Assembly: GCA_002104905.1 (NCBI GenBank)
Contig: MCFE01000130.1
Span: 1-64,000 of the forward strand
Length of the DNA stretch: 64,000 nucleotides
DNA from: Basidiobolus meristosporus CBS 931.73
Lineage: Eukaryota; Fungi; Basidiobolomycota
Direction of reading: 5' to 3'
In this document: positions 26,858 through 38,777 of the stretch, piece after piece
Position numbering within the stretch: the stretch's first letter is position 1
Layout: the number at the start of each line of letters is the position of its first letter
Program-made: the position numbers and the translations under genes
The notes under the pieces: generated by a model
Databases searched by the model: none
Told to the model about the DNA's origin: nothing
What the model saw: only the letters and a program-made list of their open reading frames with translations

Positions 26858-29800
26858 AAATGTTTATACTGACCAGTCCTAATTTTGACCTAAGATATTC
26901 AAACTTGTCTCTGGCTAATGGTTTGGTAAATATGTCTGCAATCATTTCATCTGTAGAACAGTAAACTAAGCTAACTAAGTTATTCTCTATAGCTTCACGT
27001 ATGAAATGATGTCTAATATCTATGTGCTTGGTTCTGGCATGAAAAGTTGGATTTCTACCTAATTGTATTCATCCTTGATTATCTTGAAATAAAGTAATAG
27101 GCGTTTTTTGCCATAGGCCTAAATCTGTAAAAAGCTTTCTTAACCACATTGCTTCTATTGTAGCTTCACAGGCTGCCATATACTCTGCCTCTGTGGTGGA
27201 AAGTGCTATGATTGGTTGCTTTCTGGAATTCCATGAAATTGCTCCTTTAGAGTAAAGAAAGGTGTATCCTGTGGAGGGTCTTCTGTCTTCTAAATTTTGC
27301 CCCCAGTCAGCATCAGAGTATCCCACAAGATGCTGTTCTGAATCCTTATAAGTGTATCTTAAGCAGATATCAGCAGTTCCTTTTAGGTATCTAAAAATCC
27401 ACTTAACTGCTGCAATATGATCAGATCCATAATTCTGATTATGTTGGCTGACAACTCCCACTGAATATGAGATATCTGGACGTGTTCCAAGCATGATATA
27501 CATCAGACTGCCGACCATAGATTGATAAGGAAAGTCAGGGCTTTCAGATGGCACCAAGCTCTCTTGATTTGGTTGAGTTTTGACCAAGTTAAGGTTTGTT
27601 GCCATTGGGGTAGCTGCTGGTTTACAGTCTTCCATTCGTACTTCTTTAGTACATCTTGAATATACTTGGATTGGCTTAGGGTCATAGTCTGGGTACTTCT
27701 GTCTATGGAGAACTTGATCCCAAGTAGTAACTGAGTTCTCCTAGATTGGACATCTTGAACTCCTTAGATAGGCTGGATTTAGTCTCTTCTAATGTTTCTA
27801 GGTTATTGGTGGCTATAATAAGATCATCCACATATAGAGCTAATAGAACTGGATTGGCTCTATCTGGCTTATATTATATACTATAGTCAGCATTACTCCT
27901 TTTGAAACTCAAAGATTCCAAATAAGAATCTATCTTGCAATTCCAGGCTCTTGGTGATTGTTTGAGACCATATAGTGACTTTTTAAGCTTGTAGACCAAA
28001 TGGGGGTTATCTTGGTCAACAAACCCATCAAGCTGGTCCATATACACATCCTCATCAAGTTCTCCATTCAAAAATGCAGTTTTTACATCCATTTGATGAA
28101 TAAAAAACTTATATTTAGCTGCAATAGCCAATATTAATCTGATGGAATTAAACTTGGCTACCGGTGCAAAGGTCTTGGTATAGTCAAGTCCTTTTGTTTG
28201 GGAGTATCCTTTGGCCACAAGTCTTGCTTTGTATCTTTCAATTGTACCATCAGCCTTGTATTTTGTCTTGAAGACCCATCTGCATCCAAATGATTTTTGG
28301 TTGATTGGTAATTTGACTAAGTCCCAAGTTTGCTTTTCTATCAGGGCCTGATATTCCTCAGTCATTGCAGATCTCCAAAACTTTGTCTGAGGGCTATCTA
28401 GGGCCTCTTTTACAGTCTGGGGTTCATCAATATGGACTGAATAGGCATAGGCTAAGTTTGTACCCTCATTGATATAGTAATTTGGGCTACTTCTTGTCTA
28501 ATTGGATCACCAGGCATTTGATACTGGAATGATCACTTCTGGGATATTCCTGGGCACTGTTTCAGGCTGAACCATGGTTGTAGAGTCCTCTGGAGTTAAA
28601 AAATATTCACTGTTTTGCTCTGATTCAATCCTGACAATTGGTGGACTTGTGATCAAATTTATGTCATCATCTGATGTCATTTTTTGTGAAAATTTTGAAT
28701 TTTCATCAAACAACACATCCCTGGACTTGATCAGCTTCTTTGCTTTGGTATTGTAGAGTCTGTATGCTTTACTCTCATTGCAGTAGCCCAAAAATATGCA
28801 TTTTACACTTTTTGGCTCATATTTTGACTGATTTCTGGCCAGTTTTTTGGCATATGCTGTACACCCAAATATTCTTAGATGTTCTGCACTTGGTCTGTAC
28901 CCATACCATGCTTCAAATGGAGTAGAATCATGAAGTATTCTGTTATAACTCCTATTTTTAAGGTATACAGCAGTGACAACTGATTCCACCCAAAAATCAC
29001 AGGATAATTTTTGATCATGGATCCTAGATCTTGCCATATCAGTTATTGATCTGTTAGCTTGTTCTGCTACTCCATTTTGCTGTGGGGAGTATGGTACAGT
29101 AGTCTCTTGCTTTATCCCATGAATTTTGCAGAACTGGATGAAGAGTTTTGAGGTATATTCTCCACCATTATCAGAGCATATTTTCTTGTTTTTTTCACCA
29201 GTTTCTCTCTCCACCATGGCTTTAGACTCCCTGAACTTAGACAGAGCTTCTTCCTTTCTCTCCATGAAGTAGACCCAGGTGTATCTTGTATATTCATCAA
29301 TAAAAGTCATTAAATACTTTATCCCACCTAGGATAAATTTTGCATAGGTCCGCATAGATCTGAGTGAATTAGATCTAATTTTTTCTTAGTTTTGATTAAC
29401 ACAGAGCTCTTGAATGGTTGTCTGGCTTGTTTCCCATATATGCAGGCTTCACAGTGCTCCAAATTAGCTGGGGGACTAATTTTCACTCCAGAAATTAGCT
29501 GATCTTTGATCATTTTACACAAATAATCAAAATTGATGTGTCCAAATCTCCTGTGCCAAAGCATTGGTGTTTCTTCATTTAAGTTACTTATATTGGCTTC
29601 CAGATATGATGGAATATAAGTCAACTTGTATAGATTTGGATCTCTGATGCCCAAAGCAATATGAGCACCATTTTGATCAGCGATCCTGCATCCAGAATTG
29701 TCAAAATTGAAACTGAGTCCTTCTGCTGTGGCCTAGCTTACAGAGAGTAGGTTCTTGGCTATTTCTGGTACATAGAGTACTTCTTTAAAGGTCAGTGTAT

Positions 29801-30794
29801 GGCTTCCTTTACTGCTTCTAAGGTTTACTTGGATAGTTCATTCTCCCACTGCATTAAGTGTTCTATTGTCATCCATGAAAACCTTCTTAATTGGAATTTC
29901 TTGATATTGTGTAAAAAGTTATTTTTGGTGGGTAAAGTGTTGAGATGCTCCAGAGTCAATATACCACATCTGAGAATCCTTGTTTGTGGTCATACTTAGT
30001 GCAGATATGAATATTCTATCTTCAGTTGTTGCAGCATTTCCATATTCAGGCTTCTCTTGCTGATTATCTTTCTTTTTGAGACATTGGTCTGATGTGTGTC
30101 CTTTCCTTTTGCAGTAGTTACAAAACAGGTTGCTGTTGCCTTTGTAGGGTCTTGGGTACCTCCTTTGTTGGTTATCATTGCTTATTAAAGCATTTTCTTC
30201 TTCCTTCTTATTGGCGCTTGATTTTCTTAATTCTTCATCCAGGAGCCTTCCATATACATAATTTAAGGTCAAATCTTCAGTTCTGGACTCTAGGGCTGAT
30301 ACAAGGCCCTGAAACTTGTCTGTCAGGCTGTTCAGGATGGTAACTATCACATCCTCATCAGTAGTTGGTACACCCACAGATTCCATCTCATCTACCAGCA
30401 GGGTAATTCTGTTAATTAGATTTTTCATTTCTCTCCTGGCAGCATCTTTGTAGTAAAGAATTTTCATCTCAGATACATTTTCTTAGCAGCTGACCATGAC
30501 TGCTATGTGTCTTCTAATGCCTTGCAGGCATTCTTTGCATTTTTGCTCTTGAGCATTCCATTAGCAATTTGTCTTTAACATTAAGGCAAATGCAGTTAAA
30601 AGCACTTTGCTTTTTCTTCTGGTACTTGAAGGCTTCCTCTCCTATGTTTTTAGGAGGGCATTCTTCTCCCATGACTATATCCCAAAGGCCTCTTTCTTGT
30701 AGCAGCATCTTCATCTTCACCTTCCACACTTGGCAGTTAGATACATCCAGCTTTTCAGCAGAGGAAAAATTCCAGTAATAGCAGTAGTAGACAT
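26845..30794 (-). pseudogene. gag-pol of element B, inactivated
   Basis: Gag WKVKMKMLLQERGLWDIV; zinc knuckle CNYCKRKGHTSDQC; protease WYIDSGASQH; LWHRRFGHIN; integrase core; [31 protein letters not shown]; RNase H STTEAEYMAA. Several stops and frameshifts. Confidence 0.93.
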
Positions 30795-30810
30795 TGCAGA
30801 GAGTGGCAGC

Positions 30811-30825
30811 TTGGGACTGATAACC
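30811..30825 (-). other. Primer binding site of element B (degenerate half-tRNA-iMet type)
   Basis: GGTTATCAGTCCCAA directly abuts the 5' LTR; resembles GGTTATG(A/G)GCCC, complementary to the tRNA-iMet anticodon arm. Confidence 0.65.
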
Positions 30826-31792
30826 TGTTTTAAGAGTCTTGGAGATATTGGAAGTGATTCAGAGAACAAGTAGATTATGTGGTTTTCACTTAATGACTTA
30901 TTGAATGTAAAGTAGTATTTATACTTTTACCTGGTCTTGGCATTACAAACATGTAAAATAGGTTAAGGAAGGTCCCAAGAACATGTGTGCAAAGTTTGGG
31001 GCTGTTTGGACACCTTTGAGAATTTTGATGTTTTGGGTACCTGGTATTTTGGTGAAAATATTCTAAGTCCCAACAAGGAATTTGGTCAGTATTCTCTAGG
31101 ATATGAAGGTGAGGATATAAGTGACTAAGTTGGGTGAATATTTAGGTGGAAATACAAATTTTTACAACAGTAAAAACTGCATTTTTGAATGGAGAACTTG
31201 ATGAGGACGTGTATATAAGCTAGCCTGATGGGTTTGCTGACCAAGATAACCCCCATTTGGTCTACAAGCTTAAAAATTACTATATGGTCTCAAACAATCA
31301 CCAAGAGCTTGAAATTGCAAGATAGATTCTTATTTGGAATCTTTGAGTTTCAAAAGGAGTAATGCTGACTATAGTATATAATATAAGCCAGATAGAGCCA
31401 ATCCAGTTCTATTAGCTCTATATGTGGATGATCTTATTATAGCCACCAATAACCTAGAAACATTAGAAGAGACTAAATCCAGCCTATCTAAGGAGTTCAA
31501 GATGTCCAATCTAGGAGAACTCAGTTACTACTTGGGATCAAGTTCTCCATAGACAGAAGTACCCAGACTATGACCCTAAGCCAATTCAAGTATATTCAAG
31601 ATATATTAAAAAAGTACCAACTGGAAGATTGTAAACCAGCAACTACCCCAATGGAGACAAACCTTAACTTGGTCAAAACTCAACCAAATCAAGAGAGCTT
31701 GGTGCCATCTGAAAGCCCTGACTTTCCTTATCAATCTATGGTTGGCAGTCTGATGTATATCATGCTTGGAACATGGCCAGATATCTCATATT

Positions 31793-32143
31793 TGTTGTAA
31801 AAAATTTGGAATTCCACCTAAATATTCACCTAACTTAGTCACTTAGATCATTACCTTCAAATCCCAGAGAATACTGACCAAAATTCCTTGTTGGGATTTA
31901 CTTAGAATATTTTCACCAAAATACCAGGTACCCAGAACATGAAAATTCTCAAAGTTGTCCAAACAGCCCCAAACTTTGCACACATGCTCTTGGGACCTTC
32001 CTATACCTATTTTACATGCTTATTATGCCAAGACCATGTAAAAGTATAAATACTACTTTTTCATTCAATAAATCATTAAGTGAGAACCACATAATCTACT
32101 TGTCCTCCCAGTTACTTCCAATATCTCCAAGACTCTTACAACA
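31793..32143 (+). mobile_element. Solo LTR, family 1, inside host RT
   Basis: TGTTG...CAACA; TSD ATATT/ATAAT; host sequence resumes as CAGT(A/G)GGAG. Confidence 0.92.
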
Positions 32144-32160
32144 ATAATCAGTAGGAGTAG

Positions 32161-32378
32161 TGTGGGTACCTGCCTAATATATAAGCACTTACATCAAGTA
32201 ATCTTACATAAAGTGAGGGATAACCTATACAGTAAGGTAAGCAGGTGTGTTAGTCAGCTGGCTTATGGGATGGTACTGATCAAGTAAGTTAAATGGGATA
32301 AAACTAATGTAAGGGAAGTAGAATATATGGGAATGAGCACATCTACCAGTGGGTGTCACTGAGACCCCACCACCACAT
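32161..32378. mobile_element. LTR-like sequence of an unrelated family
   Basis: TGTGG...CCACA ends, 218 bp, no similarity to family 1, no TSD found. Confidence 0.5.
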
Positions 32379-33464
32379 GTGGGAACCAGTGAATGAACAG
32401 TGGCATAAAGCTGTTGGGTTCCTGCCAAAGTTGTGGAACCAGAGCTTTACAGCAGAAATACATATTGAGTGGTGGAATTTGATGGAGCTACTTGTTGAGT
32501 GTGGGGTTGGGCTTAATGATAGTGTAGGGTATAGAAGCTTATATAGGTCAGTAGAATTGGCAAGTGAGGTACAACTGAAGTTTCAATGGTAATAATTAAA
32601 TTTCTACTCATTGAAAGTAAGAGAAACAGTTGAGTCAGGAAGTAAGGAGTGTGAAAAAGAGGCAATAGCCAATCAATGCATACAAACATAGGAGGTGATA
32701 GAGTGTCCAGGGTCAGAAAGTGAGCAACTTGGCAGGGAACTAATCAAAAGCCACTTATATATTGTTGTGGTGAAAAATTTTGACCAAGTATTTGTGAAAT
32801 CTGGGGTGCAATTATTACTCAACATTCTCTGGACAGTGTCCTGAAGGGATCAGTACCTCTTAGTCATGGGACTTTAAATTTGTGACGGCCTTTTGATGGA
32901 ATCATTACAAAAATTTTTCATAGGGAGACAAACCTCAACTTGGTCAAAACTCAACCAAATCAAGAGTGCTTGCTGCCATCTGAAAGCCCTGACTTTCCAT
33001 ATCAATGTATGGTTGGCAGTCTGATGTATATCATGCCTGGAACATGTCCAGATATCTCATATCCAGTGGGAGTTGTCAGCTGGCATAATCAGAACTATGG
33101 ATCTGGTTAAATTGCAGCAGTTATGGGGACTTTTAGATATCTGAAAGGAACTGCTAATGTCTGCTTAAGATACACTTATAGGGATTCAGAACAGAATTTT
33201 GTGGGATACTCTGATGATGATTGGGGACAAAATTTAGAAGACAGAAGTTCCACCTCAGGACACACCTTTCTTTACTATCAAGGAGCAGTTTCATTGTATT
33301 CAAGAATGCAATCAACCATAGCACTTTCCACCACAGAGGCAGAGTATATGGCAGCCTGTGAAGCTACAAAAGAAGCAATGTGGTTAAGAAAGCTTTTTAC
33401 AGATTTAGGCCTATGTCAAAAATTGCCTATTACTTTATTTCAAGATAATCAGGGATGTATACAA

Positions 33465-33809
33465 TGTTGCAAAAATTTGTAATTCCACCTGAATATTCAC
33501 CTAACTTGTTCACTTAGATGATTACCTTCAAATCCTAGAGAATACTGACCAAATTCCTCATTGGGATTTACTTATAATTCACCAAAATACCAGGTACCCA
33601 GAACATGAAAATTCTCAAAGTTGTCCAAACAGCCCCAAACTTTGCACACATGCTCCTGGGACCTTTCTTAACCTATTCCACATGTTTGTAATGCCAAGAC
33701 CATGTAAAAGTATAAATACCACTTTTTCATTCAATAAATCATCAAGTGAAAACCACATAATCTACTTGTTCTCCCAATTACTTCCAATATCTCCAAGACT
33801 CTTACAACA
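33465..33809 (+). mobile_element. Solo LTR, family 1, inside RNase H
   Basis: TGTTG...CAACA; TSD TACAA/TACTA; the empty site in element B reads AATACAATTAGGTAG. Confidence 0.92.
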
Positions 33810-34610
33810 TACTATTAGGTAGAAATCCAATTTTTCATGCTTGAACTAAGCACATAGATATTATACATCATTTCATGCATGAAGCTATAGAGAATAGCTT
33901 AGTTGGCTTAGTTTACTGTCCTTTGGATGAATTGATTGCAGACGTATTTAACAAACCATTAGCTAGAGACAACCTTGAATATTTTAGGTAAAAATTTGGA
34001 CTAGTCAGTATTAATATTTAGCTGGGTGAGAGTGTTGTAAGAGTTGGTAATTCTACCTAAATATTCACCTAACTTAGTCACTTAGATCATTACCTTCAAA
34101 TCCTAGAGAATACTGACAAAATTCCTTTTCAGGATTTATTTAAAATATTTTGACCAAAATACCAGGTACCCAGGACATGAAAATTCTCAAAGTTGTCCAA
34201 ACAGCCCCAAACCTTGCACACATGTCCCTGGAACCTTCCTTAGCCTATTCTACATGTTTGTAATGCCAAGACCATGCAAAAGTATAAATGCTACTTTTAC
34301 ATTCAGTAAATCATTAAGTGAAAACCACATAATCTACTTGTCCTCCCAATCACTTCCAATATCTCCAAGACTCTTACAACTGACCTCATTAGGACTGCCT
34401 TAATGTCATGCAAACCCAATATAAAGGCCATCCAAACACCATTAAAATTTTTCTATATTTGGCAGTAGAATCAGCAAGACACTGTCACAATCCTGCCACA
34501 AGATTGTGAAGAGGGTCATGAATTTCAACCTACTGGCTTATGATGGCCTCATTGTGGGATCCTGACAACTGATCTGGATTGGATCCACCTGCAAGACTAA
34601 GTTACTTTTT

Positions 34611-34884
34611 CAAAGGGAAGGCCAGCAGAATACCATCATAATATCAGCAGAATTCCAACTTTCCCAAAAGTGACTGCCCTCAACATCTCAGGTACTAGCT
34701 TCACAGTAGACAAGCAGACATACTTTCCCAGTGAAGACTGGGCCAACTAGCATTCATACCAAATTTGGTAATCAGCTGTTCATTACTTCCACCAAAAATT
34801 GCAACTTAACATTTGAAGCAGAAACACCAGCTGAATACCAGCTAAAAGTCCAACAAATTGCAACTTTGAGATTCTTCATAAGGG
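34611..34884 (-). repeat. Long-repeat family R, copy 2 (inverted relative to copy 1)
   Basis: GGCCAACTAGCATTCATACCAAATTTGGTAATCAGC core; ends TTTGAGATTCTTCATAAGGG. Confidence 0.8.
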
Positions 34885-36700
34885 CTGAGCACCAATACAT
34901 CCAGCAATCTTGTGCTGGTAACCAAAAATCAATTCTATAATCTTTGAGGCATACCATTACCAAAGTTTGCACCCAGTATACCAACTGCCAAACACATTGT
35001 AAATCACCACATATCAGATTGGACTTGGCAAGAATAATGTATTTGATTCTTATCTCTGTGCCATATTTCAACATAACCATTGCATGACATATATTTGGCT
35101 ATACATCAGTATCAATCCATGGAAAATTGCATGTAGTTGTAATGTAGTCTGATGAAAGAAGGTGATATCCTTGGGATTGTACCTTCTGAAATATGTATGT
35201 ACTTTGCCTTACACCAAACCTGAAAGTGCCTAATTAGCAATTAGCATATTCTTGCGACCAACAAATGAGTTTAACCCACATCACAGTGCACTCTAGCTGC
35301 CTCGATTAAAATAAGTTGCCAACCAATCAAAGGCGCCAATGTGGTAAGGTTCTCAACACCTTTCATGTCACAACTCTGGCTGCACAATATAAAACAAGTT
35401 TAAACGCGTATCCAGCAATCTAACCAGGCCAGTGGAATACCGTAATCAGCCATACTAACAGATGAATGTGGTGGCGGTTAAGGTTGATACGCGCTCTTCA
35501 AAATAATTCCGTCAGTATGGACCGCTGAGTCATGTTTTTCAAATTCTGACAATGGCACGCTTGTGGACATTCGAATTCTCAGCCAGGTGTATTCTCCATA
35601 CAATCAAATATTCGGGATGTATGTTGTGTGCAAGCCCGGAACGTCACAGCATTTAGTTTAATGAGGCTTTGTCTCTGGCAGTGTAACGTTGGATGGCTTT
35701 GAAGAACATTGCCATTATCAAACTCCGCTCAAAGAGCAAACGAGCTTATCTATGTAGATTTTCATTACACTGTAATATTAAAAGAATTGGCCAACCAACA
35801 TGCAAAATAGAGCTCGCGTGAGATAGACAGCGAGGATATCGGATGAAATTCAGGAATACCTGTTCTGACGCTTCCTCACACTCCGGTTAGGCCAGCTAAT
35901 GGACTGCGTTGGGGTGAGGAAACCTATTTGAGTGATGTTTATGCGTCATGATTCATGGATCTCTCCCACCTATGAATAGTGAATTTGTGGCACCCAATTT
36001 CTGGTCAAACGATGACAGGTATCATGGATCCCGGATACCGGCCACTATCTGGTGATATCTACCAGAGTCTTATAATAACGAACGGATACCAGGAACATTG
36101 TTTGTTCTCAAATGCCATGGAAATTGATAGCAACCCGTGACATTGCACAGAGGATTTCTCCGAGCATGGAACCCCAGTAATGCCGCTGACTTATTTACCC
36201 AACATACCTAGATCGCTGATTTACCCGAGTTCACCGTTTCGTCATTGATGCTTGGAAATAGCCATTGGTTGCATCTCCTATGAAAATGGTCGCTTCCTCG
36301 ACCTATGAGTAAGATAAAGCTTAATCCTGATTAAGGGATTATCTAGCTATTTGTCACTCCACTTGCCAAAAACACATGACCCTTAGTAAGCATTCGGATT
36401 TAACTCTGTCATATTGTAATGCCCGTGTATTAGTAATTACTCATTTACCAATCCAGTATCCAAGCGTCCAGGATATGTCCTATTTTAATTCTTACCCTGG
36501 GTGGTGACGCACTCTAATTGGCCCCGGCCGCCATCCATAGTCCGAGTTTGTCAATAATGTAATGATTGAACAACTCCATGTATCTGCATTACTCTTGATA
36601 ACAACCTGGATGACCCCAATTTGTCAATCGAGTAACTGATAGTGCGCAAACGTCATCCAAGCTCAACTCTTTCTCGACTCCGAGTTACCTATGATGCGAC

Positions 36701-36707
36701 TATAAAA
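36701..36707 (+). promoter_or_regulatory. Candidate TATA box of 6PGD
   Basis: TATAAAA 64 bp upstream of ATG 36765. Confidence 0.5.
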
Positions 36708-36764
36708 CTCACATTAACGTATGGATGTTCTTCAGCTACATTGTCAGTTTTACCACTCCAAAAT

Positions 36765-38426
36765 ATGTCTACCCAAGCTGTGTAAGTTGAGTTTAATCCC
36801 TCTCTACTAGCCCTGCATCTACACTCATATATTGTGAAGGTTGACTTTCCTCGACCTGCATGCTACGCAAATATTCATGCTAGTTTCTTTCTGGACATTG
36901 TACTAATTACTGTTATCCTTGGTAGTGCTGATATCGCTGTTATTGGCCTTGCCGTCATGGTTAGTTGTATTGATATGACCATCTTCTCCAGCCATTACTT
37001 ACCAATCGGCTTACTCTAGGGCCAAAACCTCATTCTCAACATGAATGACAACAACTTCGTCGTTTGTGCTTATAACAGAACCGTTTCCAAGGTGGACGAC
37101 TTCTTGGCTAACGAGGCTAAGGGAACCAACATCGTTGGCGCCCATAGCATCGAGGAGATGTGCAAGAAGTTGAAGAGACCCAGAAAAGTCATGTTGATGG
37201 TCAAGGCTGGCTCAGCTGTCGATGCCTTCATTGAGCAAATTCTCCCTTATCTTGAAGAAGGCGACATCATCATCGATGGTGGAAACTCCCACTTCCCTGA
37301 CACCATCCGTAGAACTAAGGAGCTCGAAGCCAAGGGTCTTTACTATGTCGGTGCTGGTGTATCTGGTGGTGAGGAGGGTGCCAGATATGGCCCATCCATC
37401 ATGCCTGGTGGTTCTATTCAAGCCTGGGAGCACGTAAAGCCCATTTTCCAAGCCATCTCAGCCAAGGTCGATGGCGAGCCATGCTGTGATTGGGTTGGTG
37501 GCACTGGTGCTGGTCACTACGTCAAGATGGTCCACAACGGTATCGAATATGGTGACATGCAACTTATTTGCGAAGCCTACCAAATTTTGAGGGATGGTCT
37601 TGGTCTCGATCACGATGAAATCGGTGATATCTTTGATGAGTGGAACAAGAGCGAGTTGGACTCCTACCTTGTTGAAATTACTCGTGATATCATGAAGTTC
37701 AAGGATACCGATGGTACCGCCTTGGTTGCCAAGATCAGAGACACCGCTGGACAGAAGGGTACCGGTAAGTGGACCGCTGTCTCCGCCCTCGATAACGGTA
37801 TGCCTGTCACCTTGATTGGTGAGGCTGTATTTGCCCGTTGCTTGTCTGCTTTGAAGGATGAGCGCCTCAGAGCCAGCAAGATTTTGGATGGCCCCAAGGA
37901 TGTCAAGTTCACCGGTGATAAGAAGGAGTTTGTTAAGCAACTTGGCCATGCTTTGTATGCCTCCAAGATCATCTCCTATGCCCAAGGATTCATGCTTTTG
38001 AGAGAAGCCGCTAAAGAAAACCAATGGGAGCTTAACTATGGCGGTATTGCTTTGATGTGGCGTGGTGGCTGTATCATCAGATCCGTCTTCCTCGGAGACA
38101 TCAGAAATGCTTACCAGAGTGACCCCAAGTTGGAATCTCTTCTCTTCGATCCCTTCTTCCAAAAGGCTCTCTCTCGCACCCACCAAGACTGGCGTGTAGT
38201 AATTTCCCAAGCCGTCCTGCTTGGTATCCCTACACCAGCCATCTCCACCGCTCTTGCTTTCTATGATGGCTATAGAACTGGTTACCTCCCCGCCAACTTA
38301 TTGCAAGCTCAACGTGATTACTTCGGTGCTCATACATACGAGCTTTTGGACAAGCCTGGTACCTATGTTCATACCAACTGGACTGGAAAGGGTGGTAATG
38401 TCAGTAGCTCCACCTACATTGTTTAA
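36765..38426 (+). CDS. GND1: 6-phosphogluconate dehydrogenase, decarboxylating (3 exons)
   Basis: Spliced start MSTQAV-ADIAVIGLAVM-GQNLILNMND. Also IIDGGN, KMVHNGIEYGDMQLICE, QKGTGKWT, QAQRDYFGAHTY. Strong codon bias. Confidence 0.99.
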
Positions 38427-38777
38427 TTCACTAGTTATATTTGTTTATCATACACCCATTGTTATTTTTGTATAAATATGAAAATAAACCGTAAGCTCAT
38501 CAGCACATCTTGCTACATCTTTGTTCGTCTCAATTGCATCACTGCATTTGATGTGTGCAATATTGAAGACCGCAGTAAAGACTTGCGAATCAAATGCAGG
38601 ACAGCCTAATACAAAACGGAAACCGTATCCGCAATTTTAATTGATGAGCAGGTAATTCGCTCAGCTGCTTTGTCATTATTCAGATTTATGCATCATGCTC
38701 AGTCATATACAATAAAATGTGGGCATCGAGTGGCAAACTGTACACTCCACTTTTTATCATACCTCCAATTGAGCCTA

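Larger units (their letters stand above)
26496..31169 (-). mobile_element. Two-LTR Ty1/copia retrotransposon 'B' (4674 bp, decayed)
   Basis: 5' LTR 30826-31169 and 3' LTR 26496-26844 share private variants (TGTTTTAAG, GATTCAGAG, GACACCTTTG). TSD GCAAA/GTAAA splits the host codons MD-VK-TAFLNG. Domain order is gag-PR-IN-RT-RH. Confidence 0.95.
24456..34381 (+). mobile_element. Disrupted Ty1/copia host element(s) 'A'
   Basis: Partial 5' LTR at 24456-~24603 fused to GAG-pre-integrase. Integrase ORF 24961-25857; RT pieces 25900-26495 and 31175-31792; RT/RNase H pieces 32926-33464 and 33810-34032. Purine-rich tract GCTGGGTGAGAG, then 3' LTR 34033-34381. Many stops and frameshifts. The segment from 32926 repeats sequence at ~31660-31790, so it may belong to a second copy. 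Confidence 0.85.

Noticed and set aside
829-38426. NMNAT, GLT1 and GND1 as an NAD(P)H metabolic cluster
   Set aside because: They are separated by unrelated genes and a 12-kb TE island, act in different pathways, and share no regulatory element I can see.
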